A stretch of DNA of 64,000 nt from an uncultured bacterium (GTDB taxonomy: Bacteria; Cyanobacteriota; Cyanobacteriia; B231): NCBI GenBank assembly GCA_964536415.1, contig CAZHXN010000002.1, positions 785-64,784 of the forward strand, in the 5' to 3' direction. The stretch's first letter is position 1. Each line of letters opens with the position of its first letter. Under the pieces are notes generated by a model. It did not search any database. It was not told the DNA's origin and saw only the letters and a list, made by a program, of their open reading frames with translations. Position numbers and translations under genes: made by a program. Of this stretch, positions 28,439-38,475 are shown one piece after another.

Positions 28439-28608
28439 GGTACACCCCTACTTCCTCGACCCCTTAACCCCAAGCACGAAGTTACCCCGCTCCCCTGCGA
28501 TCGGGGTGTCCACTTCGTGCGCTTTGTGTCTTTATGGTTATAGCCACGTCTCAATGCCCCGCCACGGATTCCTTCAATACTCTTCAGCCCATTCATCCTC
28601 TAACGAGC

Positions 28609-29487
28609 ATGACTTCCCCACCCATTCAATGGTATCCCGGCCACATTGCCAAGGCCGAAAAAGCCCTCCTCGACCAACTGAAACGGGTGGATCTAATCCT
28701 GGAAGTGCGCGATTTCCGGATTCCCCTGGCCACTGCCCACCCCAAACTCCCCCAGTGGATTGGGAACAAAGCCCATCTGCTGATCCTGAATCGGATGGAT
28801 ATGGTGCCAGCAGCGGTACAAACCCAATGGCTGCACTGGTTCCAGCAGCAGAATACCCCCGCTTATTCGACTGATGCCAAACAGGGGAAGGGTATCCCTG
28901 CGATCCTGCAAGCGGCCCAAACCGTCAGTGTCGGGATTAATCAGCGACGCCAACAGCGGGGAATGCTCCCCCGACCGGTCCGAGCTGTTGTGATTGGATT
29001 TCCGAATGTGGGGAAGTCAGCGTTGATCAATCGTTTACTCAAACGGCGCGTGGTTGAGAGTGCGCGGCGGCCTGGGGTAACTCGCCAGTTGCGCTGGGTA
29101 CGGGTGTCGGATCAGATCGAATTACTCGATGCCCCTGGGATTTTGCCAGCAGCCCTCCGAGATCAGGATGCGGCCTTAAATTTGGCGATTTGTGACGACA
29201 TTGGGGAAGCCGCCTACGATAATCAGCGGGTGGCAGCGGCTCTGGTGGAGCGTCTCAAATGGTTGCAAATCACTGCCCCAGCCCTGTTGCCCCAGTCTCC
29301 CTTGGGCAGCCGCTATGGCCTGGAGCCGGAGACATTGACCGGCGAGGACTATGTCGCTCAACTTGCTCACGATCGCCATCATGGCGATGTGGAACGCACG
29401 GCCAGGGAGCTACTCAATGATTTCCGCAAGGGCGTGCTGGGACCGATCCCGCTGGAACTCCCTGATGGCTTCCAGAAAGATCCATAA
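28609..29487 (+). CDS. rbgA: Ribosome biogenesis GTPase A (YlqF/RbgA, circularly permuted GTPase)
   Basis: ORF 28534-29487. Homology starts at MTSPPIQWYPGHIAKAEKAL, so the ATG at 28609 is preferred. Motifs LNRMD (G4), GFPNVGKSALINRL (G1) and DAPGIL (G3) occur in permuted order. Confidence 0.92.
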   Translation: MTSPPIQWYPGHIAKAEKALLDQLKRVDLILEVRDFRIPLATAHPKLPQWIGNKAHLLILNRMDMVPAAVQTQWLHWFQQQNTPAYSTDAKQGKGIPAILQAAQTVSVGINQRRQQRGMLPRPVRAVVIGFPNVGKSALINRLLKRRVVESARRPGVTRQLRWVRVSDQIELLDAPGILPAALRDQDAALNLAICDDIGEAAYDNQRVAAALVERLKWLQITAPALLPQSPLGSRYGLEPETLTGEDYVAQLAHDRHHGDVERTARELLNDFRKGVLGPIPLELPDGFQKDP

Positions 29488-29523
29488 GCTGTGCTGCCTA
29501 CGCCCATCCCTAGCAGTTGGCGG

Positions 29524-31275
29524 TTACTCAATACTCACCCCCCGCACGGTTTGGGGACGTTTGCGACTCGCAACGGGGGCCTGGGCAGCTTCCCGATCCT
29601 GTTGATGGTGGGCCTGGAAGTAGGATTGCCAGAGGGCGGGGGCATTCAGGGTTTCGCCGCCGTGTTGGGTGAGTCGCTGACGGACCTGACAGAGCACAGG
29701 GGTATTCACACAGGCTCCGGCAATAATCACCTGCCCCTTGGTGAGGGCGGGAAGTTCTTTGAGTAAATCCCGTCCGGCAGCTTCTACCCCATATTTGAGG
29801 CTGTCCTGATCGACTGGATTGACGATGCGCATGATGAACTGACTCATGCACTGGGACAACACATCGGAGTCGAGCTTGCCCGGACGCTGGGTAATCAGCC
29901 CCACCCCCAGACCGAATTTGCGACCCTCGCTCAGGATGGTGCGCAGGACAGCCTTGCAGCGGGAGGGTTCGTGGGCCGGGGCAAAGCGGTGGGCCTCTTC
30001 TAGGAGAATAAACACGGGATAAGGCAGATAATTCTCGTCATCGGGGGTAATCTTCTCTTTTTGGGTATTCATGCGGGCGTGGTATGCCTGCCGGAGGACG
30101 GCGGCACAGATGACCTGTTGTTCTTCCTGGCTGATTTCGTTCATTTGCATGACGGTCACCTGACCCGGTTCAAACAAGTCTTTGGGGGTGCAGTGTTGCA
30201 ACGGGTCAAAGTAGGGCGATCGCGCCAATTTTTCCAATTTCCATTCGATCGCAGGAGCCGAAGATCCGGATTTCTCATTGCCCTCATCGTCGGTTTGGGT
30301 ATCGGCTTCATAGACGGCGGCGATGAGATCGGAAACATCCCAGCGATAGTCCCCCCGTTTGTGGCGTTTGAGGATGGCGTAGGCTTTGCTAAGGATGGAC
30401 TGCTGGCGATCGCTCATTTCCGGCAACAGCATCAAAATGTCATAGTAATCGAGCGAGGAAATCCGAATCCGAATGGCATCCGGTGTCAGGATTTTTACTG
30501 TGGGGGCATAGCCGTCGTGACCCTTAAACCCAGCATGACCGCGAATCGCTTCCAGGGTGCCATATTCCCCGTGGGGGTCGAAAATCAGCACAGCAGCCCG
30601 GTTGTAGGGACGCAGGAGTTCTTCAACCAAAACCCCAGCAGTATAGGATTTCCCCGACCCGGTTCCCGCCAGGATTGCCATGTGGGTGCTAACCAGTTCT
30701 TTGACGTCCAAGGTAATGGGGACGGCGTCGCAATCGCGCAGGAGCAATGAACCAATATGAGCCGACCCCACTGCACCCACCGGACGCCGGTTCAAGATCT
30801 CCTGTAGGGTAGTATCACTGGCTAGGTAGACTTTGGCTCCGGGATCGGGGGTTTGACGGGGGTTCATGAACCCCAGGTTGCGATCGAAGTAGCCAATGAC
30901 ATCGACGGTGACTTCGTAGATTTCGGGATTGGTATAGGTGAATCCCACTAGGGCTGCAATGACTTCTGGGCTGGTTTCCGTGTCGGCAAAAATGCGATCG
31001 GGCAAATGATCGATCAGCTTGCAGGCTGAGATTTTCCCCAGGATTTGCTGACGCTGCGTCTGCACGGGAGCTTCGTAGTAGACAAATTCGCCAATTTTGA
31101 CGTGTTGATTATCGGCGGTGATAAACACATACTGGTTGCCGTCTTGGCCGGGGCCTTTGACGGTGCCGATTCCCGTAGGGATCGCTTCGCGAATCGTTTG
31201 GGGGGCAAGGGCGCGTTCAAGGTTGGCGAGGTCTGTTTGCGGAAGGTTCATGGCTTGTTTAGAGAAGGTGGCCAA
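29524..31275 (-). CDS. HerA/DUF87-like hexameric ATPase (HAS-barrel N-domain + FtsK/HerA P-loop)
   Basis: 583-aa ORF. Walker A ILAGTGSGKSYTAGVL, Walker B VFILLEEAHRFAP, ITQRPGKLD arginine-finger region. Confidence 0.85.
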   Translation of the reverse strand: MATFSKQAMNLPQTDLANLERALAPQTIREAIPTGIGTVKGPGQDGNQYVFITADNQHVKIGEFVYYEAPVQTQRQQILGKISACKLIDHLPDRIFADTETSPEVIAALVGFTYTNPEIYEVTVDVIGYFDRNLGFMNPRQTPDPGAKVYLASDTTLQEILNRRPVGAVGSAHIGSLLLRDCDAVPITLDVKELVSTHMAILAGTGSGKSYTAGVLVEELLRPYNRAAVLIFDPHGEYGTLEAIRGHAGFKGHDGYAPTVKILTPDAIRIRISSLDYYDILMLLPEMSDRQQSILSKAYAILKRHKRGDYRWDVSDLIAAVYEADTQTDDEGNEKSGSSAPAIEWKLEKLARSPYFDPLQHCTPKDLFEPGQVTVMQMNEISQEEQQVICAAVLRQAYHARMNTQKEKITPDDENYLPYPVFILLEEAHRFAPAHEPSRCKAVLRTILSEGRKFGLGVGLITQRPGKLDSDVLSQCMSQFIMRIVNPVDQDSLKYGVEAAGRDLLKELPALTKGQVIIAGACVNTPVLCQVRQRLTQHGGETLNAPALWQSYFQAHHQQDREAAQAPVASRKRPQTVRGVSIE

Positions 31276-31400
31276 GTCCAGGGGCGGGTGCTGTGACGAC
31301 TCAAGTCGTTACTACGAACTGTGATGGCTCAAGTCGTGACGACAACCTGGGAGGAATCTATCCTGAAATCGCTAATATGCTGTCATTTGGGGCGGGTCGC

Positions 31401-31406
31401 TATAAT
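31401..31406 (+). promoter_or_regulatory. Candidate -10 box (TATAAT) for the RND efflux operon
   Basis: Perfect TATAAT 29 nt upstream of the preferred ATG (31435). No convincing -35 element was seen. Confidence 0.3.
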
Positions 31407-31434
31407 CAGCTTACTTGTTGAAATCCCCTTATGC

Positions 31435-32694
31435 ATGAGCGTTCTTCGTCCCACTCCCCAACACTTGGGGCCGGGTTTGCTTCCCCTGATGGTGGGGGTC
31501 AGTCTGATGATGGGCTGTTCCCAGGGCCCGCCTGCCGGGATGGCTGGGGGACCGCCGCCCGGTGTGCCCGCCCAGTTGGCTACGGTGTCTACCCAACCCC
31601 TGGAAACTACCTCTGAGTTTGTGGGGACTTTGGAATCTCGCCAGTCGGTGTCCCTGCGGCCAGAGGTGAATGGCTATGTCAAACAGATCTTTGTCCAGCC
31701 GGGCGATCGCGTTCCGGCGGGAAAAACGGTAGTAGTGTTGAGCTTGGATAAGCAGCAGGCCCAACTGGACCGAGAGATTGCGGCCCTCAATGCGGCTAAG
31801 GCTCGACGCATTAGTGCGATCGCGGCTCTGCGGACGATAGAAGCGGAACTGGCGACGGCGGAGGCAGAGGTAGAGCTGCAAAAGGCGGAATATGACCGGA
31901 TTGCCAAACTGGTGGAAGAGGGTGCCCTGGCCCAGCAAGCCCTCGATCGCGTCCAGCGCGATCGCACGAAAGCCGAGGCGGACCTGCGGGCCAAACGTCA
32001 GCAGATCGAAGCGGCCCATGCCAGTGTCGCCGAAGCCGAAGCTGACCTCAAACAAGCCCAGGCCCAGGTCACCCTGGAGTCGGAACGGTTGCGGGATTCC
32101 ACAGTCACGGCTCCCTTCGCGGGCGTGATTGGCGATATTCCCGTCAAGGTGGGGGCCTATGTGGAGTCCGGGGATACCCTGATGACGATTACCCAGAATC
32201 ATGTGTTGGAGTTGCGCCTGCCGATTCCCCTAGAACGGGGTCCCGATTTACGTCTGGGGCTACCGGTACGGATCGAGGATGCCCAGAGTAGAGCATTGGG
32301 CAATGGTCAGGTGACCTTTATTTCGCCCCAAGTGAATGCAGATGCCCAGACGATTCTGGCCAAGGCGACGATCGACAATCCCCAGGGCCAGTTGCGGGAT
32401 GGGCAATTTGTTCGGGCTAAGGTGATCTGGAAGCGGCAACCCAGCGCGATCGTGATTCCCAGTACCGCGATCGTAGCCCAGGGTCGCGATCGCTTTGTCT
32501 ATGTAGCCGCCCCCGGCAAAACAGCAGGAAGCCTCGTAGCCCAGCAACACCCCATTCAGGTGGGCCAGATCCAGGGTGATGCCACCGAAGTCACCCAGGG
32601 CCTAGAACCGGGTACGAAAATCGTCGTATCGGGTCTCCAAAAGCTGGCGGATGGCGTCCCCCTGATGCCATTGAGTGAGAACCCCCCCCAATGA
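31435..32694 (+). CDS. Efflux RND transporter periplasmic adaptor subunit (membrane fusion protein, lipoprotein)
   Basis: ORF 31321-32694. The ATG at 31435 gives MSVLRPTPQHLGPGLLPLMVGVSLMMGCSQ with an LMMGC lipobox. Followed by a long alpha-hairpin (AKARRISAIAALRTIEAELATAEAEVELQKAEYDRIAKL) and beta-barrel regions. Confidence 0.9.
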   Translation: MSVLRPTPQHLGPGLLPLMVGVSLMMGCSQGPPAGMAGGPPPGVPAQLATVSTQPLETTSEFVGTLESRQSVSLRPEVNGYVKQIFVQPGDRVPAGKTVVVLSLDKQQAQLDREIAALNAAKARRISAIAALRTIEAELATAEAEVELQKAEYDRIAKLVEEGALAQQALDRVQRDRTKAEADLRAKRQQIEAAHASVAEAEADLKQAQAQVTLESERLRDSTVTAPFAGVIGDIPVKVGAYVESGDTLMTITQNHVLELRLPIPLERGPDLRLGLPVRIEDAQSRALGNGQVTFISPQVNADAQTILAKATIDNPQGQLRDGQFVRAKVIWKRQPSAIVIPSTAIVAQGRDRFVYVAAPGKTAGSLVAQQHPIQVGQIQGDATEVTQGLEPGTKIVVSGLQKLADGVPLMPLSENPPQ

Positions 32695-33056
32695 TTCAGA
32701 GGGGCAGCCCTGTCAGCACATGGATTCAGAGAGGACTGCTCAGGACATCGGTGGGTTAACCAAAGTCACTCGAAATCACCCGATCCGGTGCAGCGATCCC
32801 TGGGGAGAACCCACTAGGATCGAAACTCAAAATCACCAGCCCCAAGGATCAGCATAGCCCTGAAGCCCTGCGTAACGCTTCCCGCTTTCCCCCACTTACC
32901 CTCCAAACTGCTCCGCCAGCATCGCAGCAGGCCGAGAATCGGAATCTAAGCGCTTGTGGGGTAGACATCTTGCCTGATACTGGAACCACCGAGACGGCCT
33001 CCTACCCACACTTTGCGATCGATTCAGCCCAGTTCCCCACTCCCCCCTGACTGTTC

Positions 33057-36000
33057 ATGTTTACGAATTTTTTCATCCGCCGCCCCGTCTTTGCCTCGGT
33101 CTGCTCCTTGCTCATTGTCCTGGTGGGTTTAGTCAGCTATGCCCGCCTACCCTTGCAGGAATACCCCAGCATTGATCCGCCCGTGGTGAGTGTACGCACG
33201 GTCTATCCGGGAGCCAACCCCCAGGTGGTGGAAACCGAGGTCACGGAAATCCTGGAGAAGGAGATTAACGGGATTGAGGGCATTCGGACCCTGACCTCAG
33301 AAAGCCGGGACTCGGTGAGCAGTATTACTGTACAGTTTGACTTGAGCCGGGATTTAGAAGTCGCCGCCCAGGATGTCCGGGCGCGGGTGGCGCGAGTCGT
33401 GGGGGATTTACCCGATGATGCCGATGCACCAGTAGTGGAGAAGGAAGCGGGGGATGCCTCACCGATCGTCTGGTTTGCCCTCTACGGGGAGACGTTTACC
33501 CCCCTGGAGTTGAGCAATTACGCCGATCGCTTCATCATTGATGCCCTGGAAACCGTGCCGGGAGTGAGCAGCATTTTTGTCGGCGGGGAGCGGCGCTATG
33601 CCATGCGCCTCTGGCTTGACCCACAGCGGCTAGCGGCCCGCAATCTGACGGTCTTGGAGGTGGAAACGGCCCTGCGGCAGGAAAATATCGAAATTCCCGG
33701 TGGCCGCATTGAAGGTAAAACGACAGAATTTTCTGTGCGCACCCTGGGACGGCTGCAAACCCCAGCAGAATACGAAGCCTTGATGCTCAAACGCAACGCC
33801 GATGGCTCCCAAGTGCTGCTGCGGGATGTGGGACGGGCGGAACTGGGGGCCGAGGACGATCGCGTCATTGCCCGCTTTAATGGCGACCCCGCGATCGCCC
33901 TAGGGATCGTGAAGCTATCGGGGGCGAATACGCTGGCGGTAGGGAAGGCCGTAAAGGCCAAAATGGCGGACTTATCGAAGACCTTCCCCCAGGGCATGGC
34001 CTATCGCATTGCCTACGATCAGTCGGAATTCGTCCAATTGGCGATCGAAGAAGTGTTTGCCTCCCTCTATTTGGCGATCGGCCTAGTGGTGTTAGTTATT
34101 TTCCTTTTCCTGCACGATTGGCGAGCCACCCTGATTCCAGCCGTTACCATTCCGGTATCGCTGATCGGAGCCTTTGGCGTCATGTTCTTCCTGGGCTTTT
34201 CCGTCAATACCCTCACCCTATTTGCCCTGACCCTGGCGACGGGGCTGGTGGTGGACGACACGATCATCGTGCTGGAAAATATCGTGCGTTACATCCGGGA
34301 AAAGGGGTACCGGCCCTTTGCCGCCGCCCAAGCCGCAATGGCCGAAGTGGTCTTTGCCGTCATTGCCACCACGATTGTCCTCGTAGCGGTGTTTCTGCCA
34401 GTTGGGTTTTCCGGGGGGACAACGGGACGTTTATTTAATGAATTTGCCCTGACCCTGGCAGGGGCGGTGATCTTCTCAACGATCGTGGCCCTAACGCTCG
34501 CACCAGCCATGTCAGCCCGGATTTTGAAGACCGAATCCGGCTCCTCCATCTGGGTGCTGGATCGGTTTTTCCGGGGATCAGAATGGGTCTTGGCGCGATC
34601 GCGGGATGTCTATGGGGCCGTGCTCCAAACCCTCATGCACTGGAAGTGGTTAGTCGTCGGGGGGTTTATCCTGGCGCTGCTGGCAACGGCGGGGGTCTAT
34701 CGCCAACTGCCTCAAGGCTTTCTGCCCGTGGAGGATCGGGGCGGGATCTTTATCCCTGTGGCCGCACCGGAGGGGGTCAGCCTGGAGTATACCGATAATG
34801 TCATGCGCCAGATTGAAGGTCAACTTCAGGCAGTACCGGTGGTGGAAAGCTACTTTACCTTGGCTGGCTTTAGCTTTGGTGCTCCCCTCGCCAATTCCGG
34901 CTTTGCCTTTACGCGGCTGAAACCTTGGTCTGAGCGCCAGGGACCTGGACAAACCCAACAAGCCGTGGTTGGGCAACTGTTTGGGGGCTTTATGCAAATT
35001 AGCGATGCCCTGGTTTTCCCCATCAATCCCCCCTCCCTACCGGGCGTTGGCTTTCAGCAACCGGTGCAGTATGTGTTGCAGGGCAGTGATCTGCAAACCT
35101 TGGCCCAGGTATCTCAGGACTTTACCAACCGGGCACGGCAACTCCCCCAATTGGTGAATGTGGATACAACGCTGAAAATTAATAAGCCGGAATTGACTGT
35201 GGCGATCGATCGCGCCCAAGCGGGGAATCTGGGTGTCGCCGTGCGGGATATTGCCCGGACGCTCCAGATCCTCTTAGGCAGTGAGAAGATTACCAACTTT
35301 AATCAGAACAACCGTCGCTATGAAGTCGTCGTTCAGGCAGAAAAATCCTTCCGGGATGCACCGGAGGATATTGGACAGTTTTACGTCCGGACCAATCGCA
35401 CCCTTGCCGCTGCCACCCCATCCCCCCAAGCGGCTGGCCAATTAGTACCCCTCAATCAAGTTGTGACGGTAGAAGCGACGACCACCCCCCCGAAAATCGA
35501 TCGGTTTAACCGCTTTCGAGCGGCTACCCTAGAGGCGGGTTTGGCCCCCGGCGTGAGTCTAGGTCAAGCCTTGGATGCCCTGGATGCCCTCGCTGCCGAG
35601 GTGATCCCGCCTGACATCCGCACCACCCTTTCGGGGGAATCGTTGGAATTTCGTGACGCGGGCAAGGCCACCCTATTTATCTTCCTGTTGGCACTTGCCT
35701 TTATTTTCCTCGTGCTCGCGGCCCAATTTGAAAGCTATCTCGATCCGCTGATTATTCTGCTGGCGGTTCCCCTATCCCTGCTGGGGGCATTTGCTAGCCT
35801 CTGGCTGCGAGGCCTAGAACTAAATATTTTTAGCCAAATTGGCCTGATTATTTTAATTGGTCTAGTGACCAAGAATTCCATTTTAATTGTGGAATTTGCT
35901 AACCAATTACGGGGGCAGGGCTTACCGATCACTAAAGCCGCCCTCGAAGCCAGCCGCATTCGATTTCGCCCGATTTTGATGACGGCTTTCTCCACGATTT

Positions 36001-36242
36001 TCGGCCTGCTCCCCCTGGCCTTGGCTACCGGAGCCGGAGCCGCCAGTCGCGTCGCGATCGGGACCTCCGTCTTGGGCGGAATGTTCGTTTCGACGCTGCT
36101 GAGTTTGTTCGTTGTTCCCGTTTTCTATGTGATTGCTACTTCCCTACAACACCGCTTGCTACATTCCCATTCAGAAATTGCTACAGACCCCTCCACCAGT
36201 GCCTCGCAGGCGGAGAATTTGGAAATAGGGGATCAAGAATAA
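33057..36242 (+). CDS. Efflux RND transporter permease subunit (AcrB/HAE1-like)
   Basis: 1061-aa ORF starting MFTNFFIRRPVFASVCSLLIVLVGL, with 12-TM RND topology and two large periplasmic loops. Confidence 0.95.
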   Translation: MFTNFFIRRPVFASVCSLLIVLVGLVSYARLPLQEYPSIDPPVVSVRTVYPGANPQVVETEVTEILEKEINGIEGIRTLTSESRDSVSSITVQFDLSRDLEVAAQDVRARVARVVGDLPDDADAPVVEKEAGDASPIVWFALYGETFTPLELSNYADRFIIDALETVPGVSSIFVGGERRYAMRLWLDPQRLAARNLTVLEVETALRQENIEIPGGRIEGKTTEFSVRTLGRLQTPAEYEALMLKRNADGSQVLLRDVGRAELGAEDDRVIARFNGDPAIALGIVKLSGANTLAVGKAVKAKMADLSKTFPQGMAYRIAYDQSEFVQLAIEEVFASLYLAIGLVVLVIFLFLHDWRATLIPAVTIPVSLIGAFGVMFFLGFSVNTLTLFALTLATGLVVDDTIIVLENIVRYIREKGYRPFAAAQAAMAEVVFAVIATTIVLVAVFLPVGFSGGTTGRLFNEFALTLAGAVIFSTIVALTLAPAMSARILKTESGSSIWVLDRFFRGSEWVLARSRDVYGAVLQTLMHWKWLVVGGFILALLATAGVYRQLPQGFLPVEDRGGIFIPVAAPEGVSLEYTDNVMRQIEGQLQAVPVVESYFTLAGFSFGAPLANSGFAFTRLKPWSERQGPGQTQQAVVGQLFGGFMQISDALVFPINPPSLPGVGFQQPVQYVLQGSDLQTLAQVSQDFTNRARQLPQLVNVDTTLKINKPELTVAIDRAQAGNLGVAVRDIARTLQILLGSEKITNFNQNNRRYEVVVQAEKSFRDAPEDIGQFYVRTNRTLAAATPSPQAAGQLVPLNQVVTVEATTTPPKIDRFNRFRAATLEAGLAPGVSLGQALDALDALAAEVIPPDIRTTLSGESLEFRDAGKATLFIFLLALAFIFLVLAAQFESYLDPLIILLAVPLSLLGAFASLWLRGLELNIFSQIGLIILIGLVTKNSILIVEFANQLRGQGLPITKAALEASRIRFRPILMTAFSTIFGLLPLALATGAGAASRVAIGTSVLGGMFVSTLLSLFVVPVFYVIATSLQHRLLHSHSEIATDPSTSASQAENLEIGDQE

Positions 36243-36267
36243 CAGGTTTTGAATTTTGAATTTGGAT

Positions 36268-37653
36268 CTACAACAAGCGTAATTGGGTCTCCCTCCCCTC
36301 ACGGGTATCTGTTTCTGGCGGCGGCGAGGGCATGGCCAGGGACCCTGGGGGCGAGAGGGCTGCTTCAGCAGGCGGACCCTGGAGCATTCCAGAAGCCACA
36401 GCTACCCACTTTTCCCCCTGCTCAGCAGCCTGGTCGGCACCGTTGGCATCAAGCATCGCTTGGGCAGTAGCCAGCAGATCAGGGGCCAGTTCCTGAAGAT
36501 CAGCGCGGCTGTCAAGATAGGCTCTCAGGGCGTCTAGGGGGTCAATATTGCCCCCTACTCCCAATTCTGGGACCCGCGATCGCGCCCATTGACTGACTAA
36601 TTCCGGCTCGATCGTATAACTGTGGGCGATCGCGAGGGCATCATGAAGCGCCCGGTTGTCGATCGCACTCAGTTGCTCCGGTCGCAGTTGGTACATGAGG
36701 CGAACCACGGCATCCTGAACCTGATCCGGCGCGATCGCAGCTAATAGGGTTGCCTGGGGATCATCAGCACTCGAGAGATCCACCTGAATAGTCAGAAACC
36801 GCCGCACGGGCAGGGGACAGAACTGGGCCTGGGTTTGCCGCCGTGCTAGGGTGACCAGCATAAAGCCTTTGTCTTCTTTCTCTTCGCTAAAATCAACCCG
36901 TTCAATGCTGCCGGGATAGACCACCCAGGGGGATTGGCAGAGGACCTGGTGGCGGTGGACATGGCCAAGGGCCACATAGTCAAAGCAATCACGGGTTAAT
37001 AGAGATAGGGGAACGGTAAACCCCTTACCCACAGCCAAAAACCGCTCCGCCCCATAGCGAGCCGTATCCACCATCAAATGCCCCAATAAAACCGTGGGCA
37101 CATCGGGATCGAGGGATCGAATTTCACCTTCCAAAGCCACCCGCAGGCGATCGATCAATAACTGATTAACCGCAGCTAACGAGAGGCCTTCGGTTTCGGG
37201 TCGGGTTAAGAGCATCGATCGCGTTAACCACGGTAAGGTTATCACCTGCACCGGCCCATTGCGGGTTTCAATCCGATGGGTTTCCAGCCGATCGCCGACG
37301 ATAAATCCCGGCACCCCCAGGGTGCGATAAATACACAAACTTGCCCCCCCCTGCCCCTGGGCATGTTGGTCATGGTTGCCGACCAGCAACACGGTGGGAA
37401 TTTGGGCCGCAACCAGGCGGCAAAACTCACGGGCAAAGGCCTCCTGCACCAGCGGCGGCGGCGTGGCATCGGGAAAGGCATCCCCCCCAAAAAGGACTAA
37501 ATCGACAGATTCCGCCAGGGCACGATCGATACACCGCCCCAGGGTTTGGACAAAATCTTCCAAGCGGGTATTTAATCCCGTTTGGGGGTTGACCCGTCCG
37601 TGGGAAAACCCACTACCCAAATGAATATCCGACAGGTGTAGTAATTTAATCAT
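36268..37653 (-). CDS. Mre11/SbcD-like calcineurin-fold DNA repair exonuclease
   Basis: 461-aa ORF with metallophosphoesterase motifs HLSDIHLG, GGDAFPD, GNHD and GHLMV...GHVH. Confidence 0.85.
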   Translation of the reverse strand: MIKLLHLSDIHLGSGFSHGRVNPQTGLNTRLEDFVQTLGRCIDRALAESVDLVLFGGDAFPDATPPPLVQEAFAREFCRLVAAQIPTVLLVGNHDQHAQGQGGASLCIYRTLGVPGFIVGDRLETHRIETRNGPVQVITLPWLTRSMLLTRPETEGLSLAAVNQLLIDRLRVALEGEIRSLDPDVPTVLLGHLMVDTARYGAERFLAVGKGFTVPLSLLTRDCFDYVALGHVHRHQVLCQSPWVVYPGSIERVDFSEEKEDKGFMLVTLARRQTQAQFCPLPVRRFLTIQVDLSSADDPQATLLAAIAPDQVQDAVVRLMYQLRPEQLSAIDNRALHDALAIAHSYTIEPELVSQWARSRVPELGVGGNIDPLDALRAYLDSRADLQELAPDLLATAQAMLDANGADQAAEQGEKWVAVASGMLQGPPAEAALSPPGSLAMPSPPPETDTREGRETQLRLL

Positions 37654-38407
37654 GAGCGTAACAAAAAGCCGACTGAGAACCCTATTAACACGTTAAACAC
37701 AGGAGAAGATACCCAGAGTGATCATCCAGAGTGATCATAGGGGCATCTCTACCAGGTTTATAAAGTGGGAGACCCGCTCCAACACCGTGGGTTCACAATC
37801 GACTTACGCTAGGGTTGGCAGAAGATAGAGGACCACTAGACTCGTTCGCTATCGCGGATATATCGCGGATACTGCAATCGCAAGCGACTACCGCAAGTTG
37901 TTATCGCCAATTGCCATCGCAAATGTTAACTCCCGCAATAACCTACCGACAGGTCCCGCAAGCATAACTACCTAGCGTGTTAATTCAATCTTCTGGTAAC
38001 CCCTACCAGTACTACCTGATTAATCAGTGTGGCTAAATTCTGAGAAAAAACTTGCCAAGATTACAAAAAAATTAAATTTATTTACGCATCGTAACAACCT
38101 CAACTGGCCCCCCTGGCTTGACGCTGTCGGGTGCGATGTCTTACAATCTTTTACACAATCTTTTACAATTGAGAATAGGTACCCCCTAAAAACAGACACC
38201 CCCTTTCAGGAGAAACGATCGCGCTGGGCATTCTAAAGCTTAAATAACCCTGAAGAAAATAACCCTAAAGAATTTTAAAGGACTCTGACGCAGACCCCCA
38301 TCAGACCCCCATCAATCTGCCCCAACCCTCCAGATGGCTTTGACGGACGGCCCGATGCTGGCACACTCACCTTCTTAACTGACATTTTCTTAACTGACAT
38401 TCTCTAT

Positions 38408-38449
38408 CTACTTCATCTACATCTAATCCTACTTCATCTACATCTAATC
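38408..38449. repeat. Tandem duplication 2 x 21 nt (CTACTTCATCTACATCTAATC)
   Basis: Direct reading. Immediately upstream of the 38476 start. Neighbouring duplications lie at 38291-38312 and 38372-38401. Confidence 0.85.
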
Positions 38450-38475
38450 TAATCTACTTCTGCATCTCTTCTGCT

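Noticed and set aside
30061-30750. 229-aa plus-strand ORF
   Set aside because: It is antisense to the HerA-like gene, which has Walker A and B motifs. Its composition is typical of a GC-rich shadow ORF. The same reasoning applies to 31429-32202(-), 23557-24042(-), 40423-41085(-), 10559-10981(-), 33596-33997(-) and 42757-43248(-).
38027-38236. 69-aa ORF in the AT-rich divergent region
   Set aside because: Lys/Asn-rich translation of AT-rich promoter DNA, with no ribosome-binding context.
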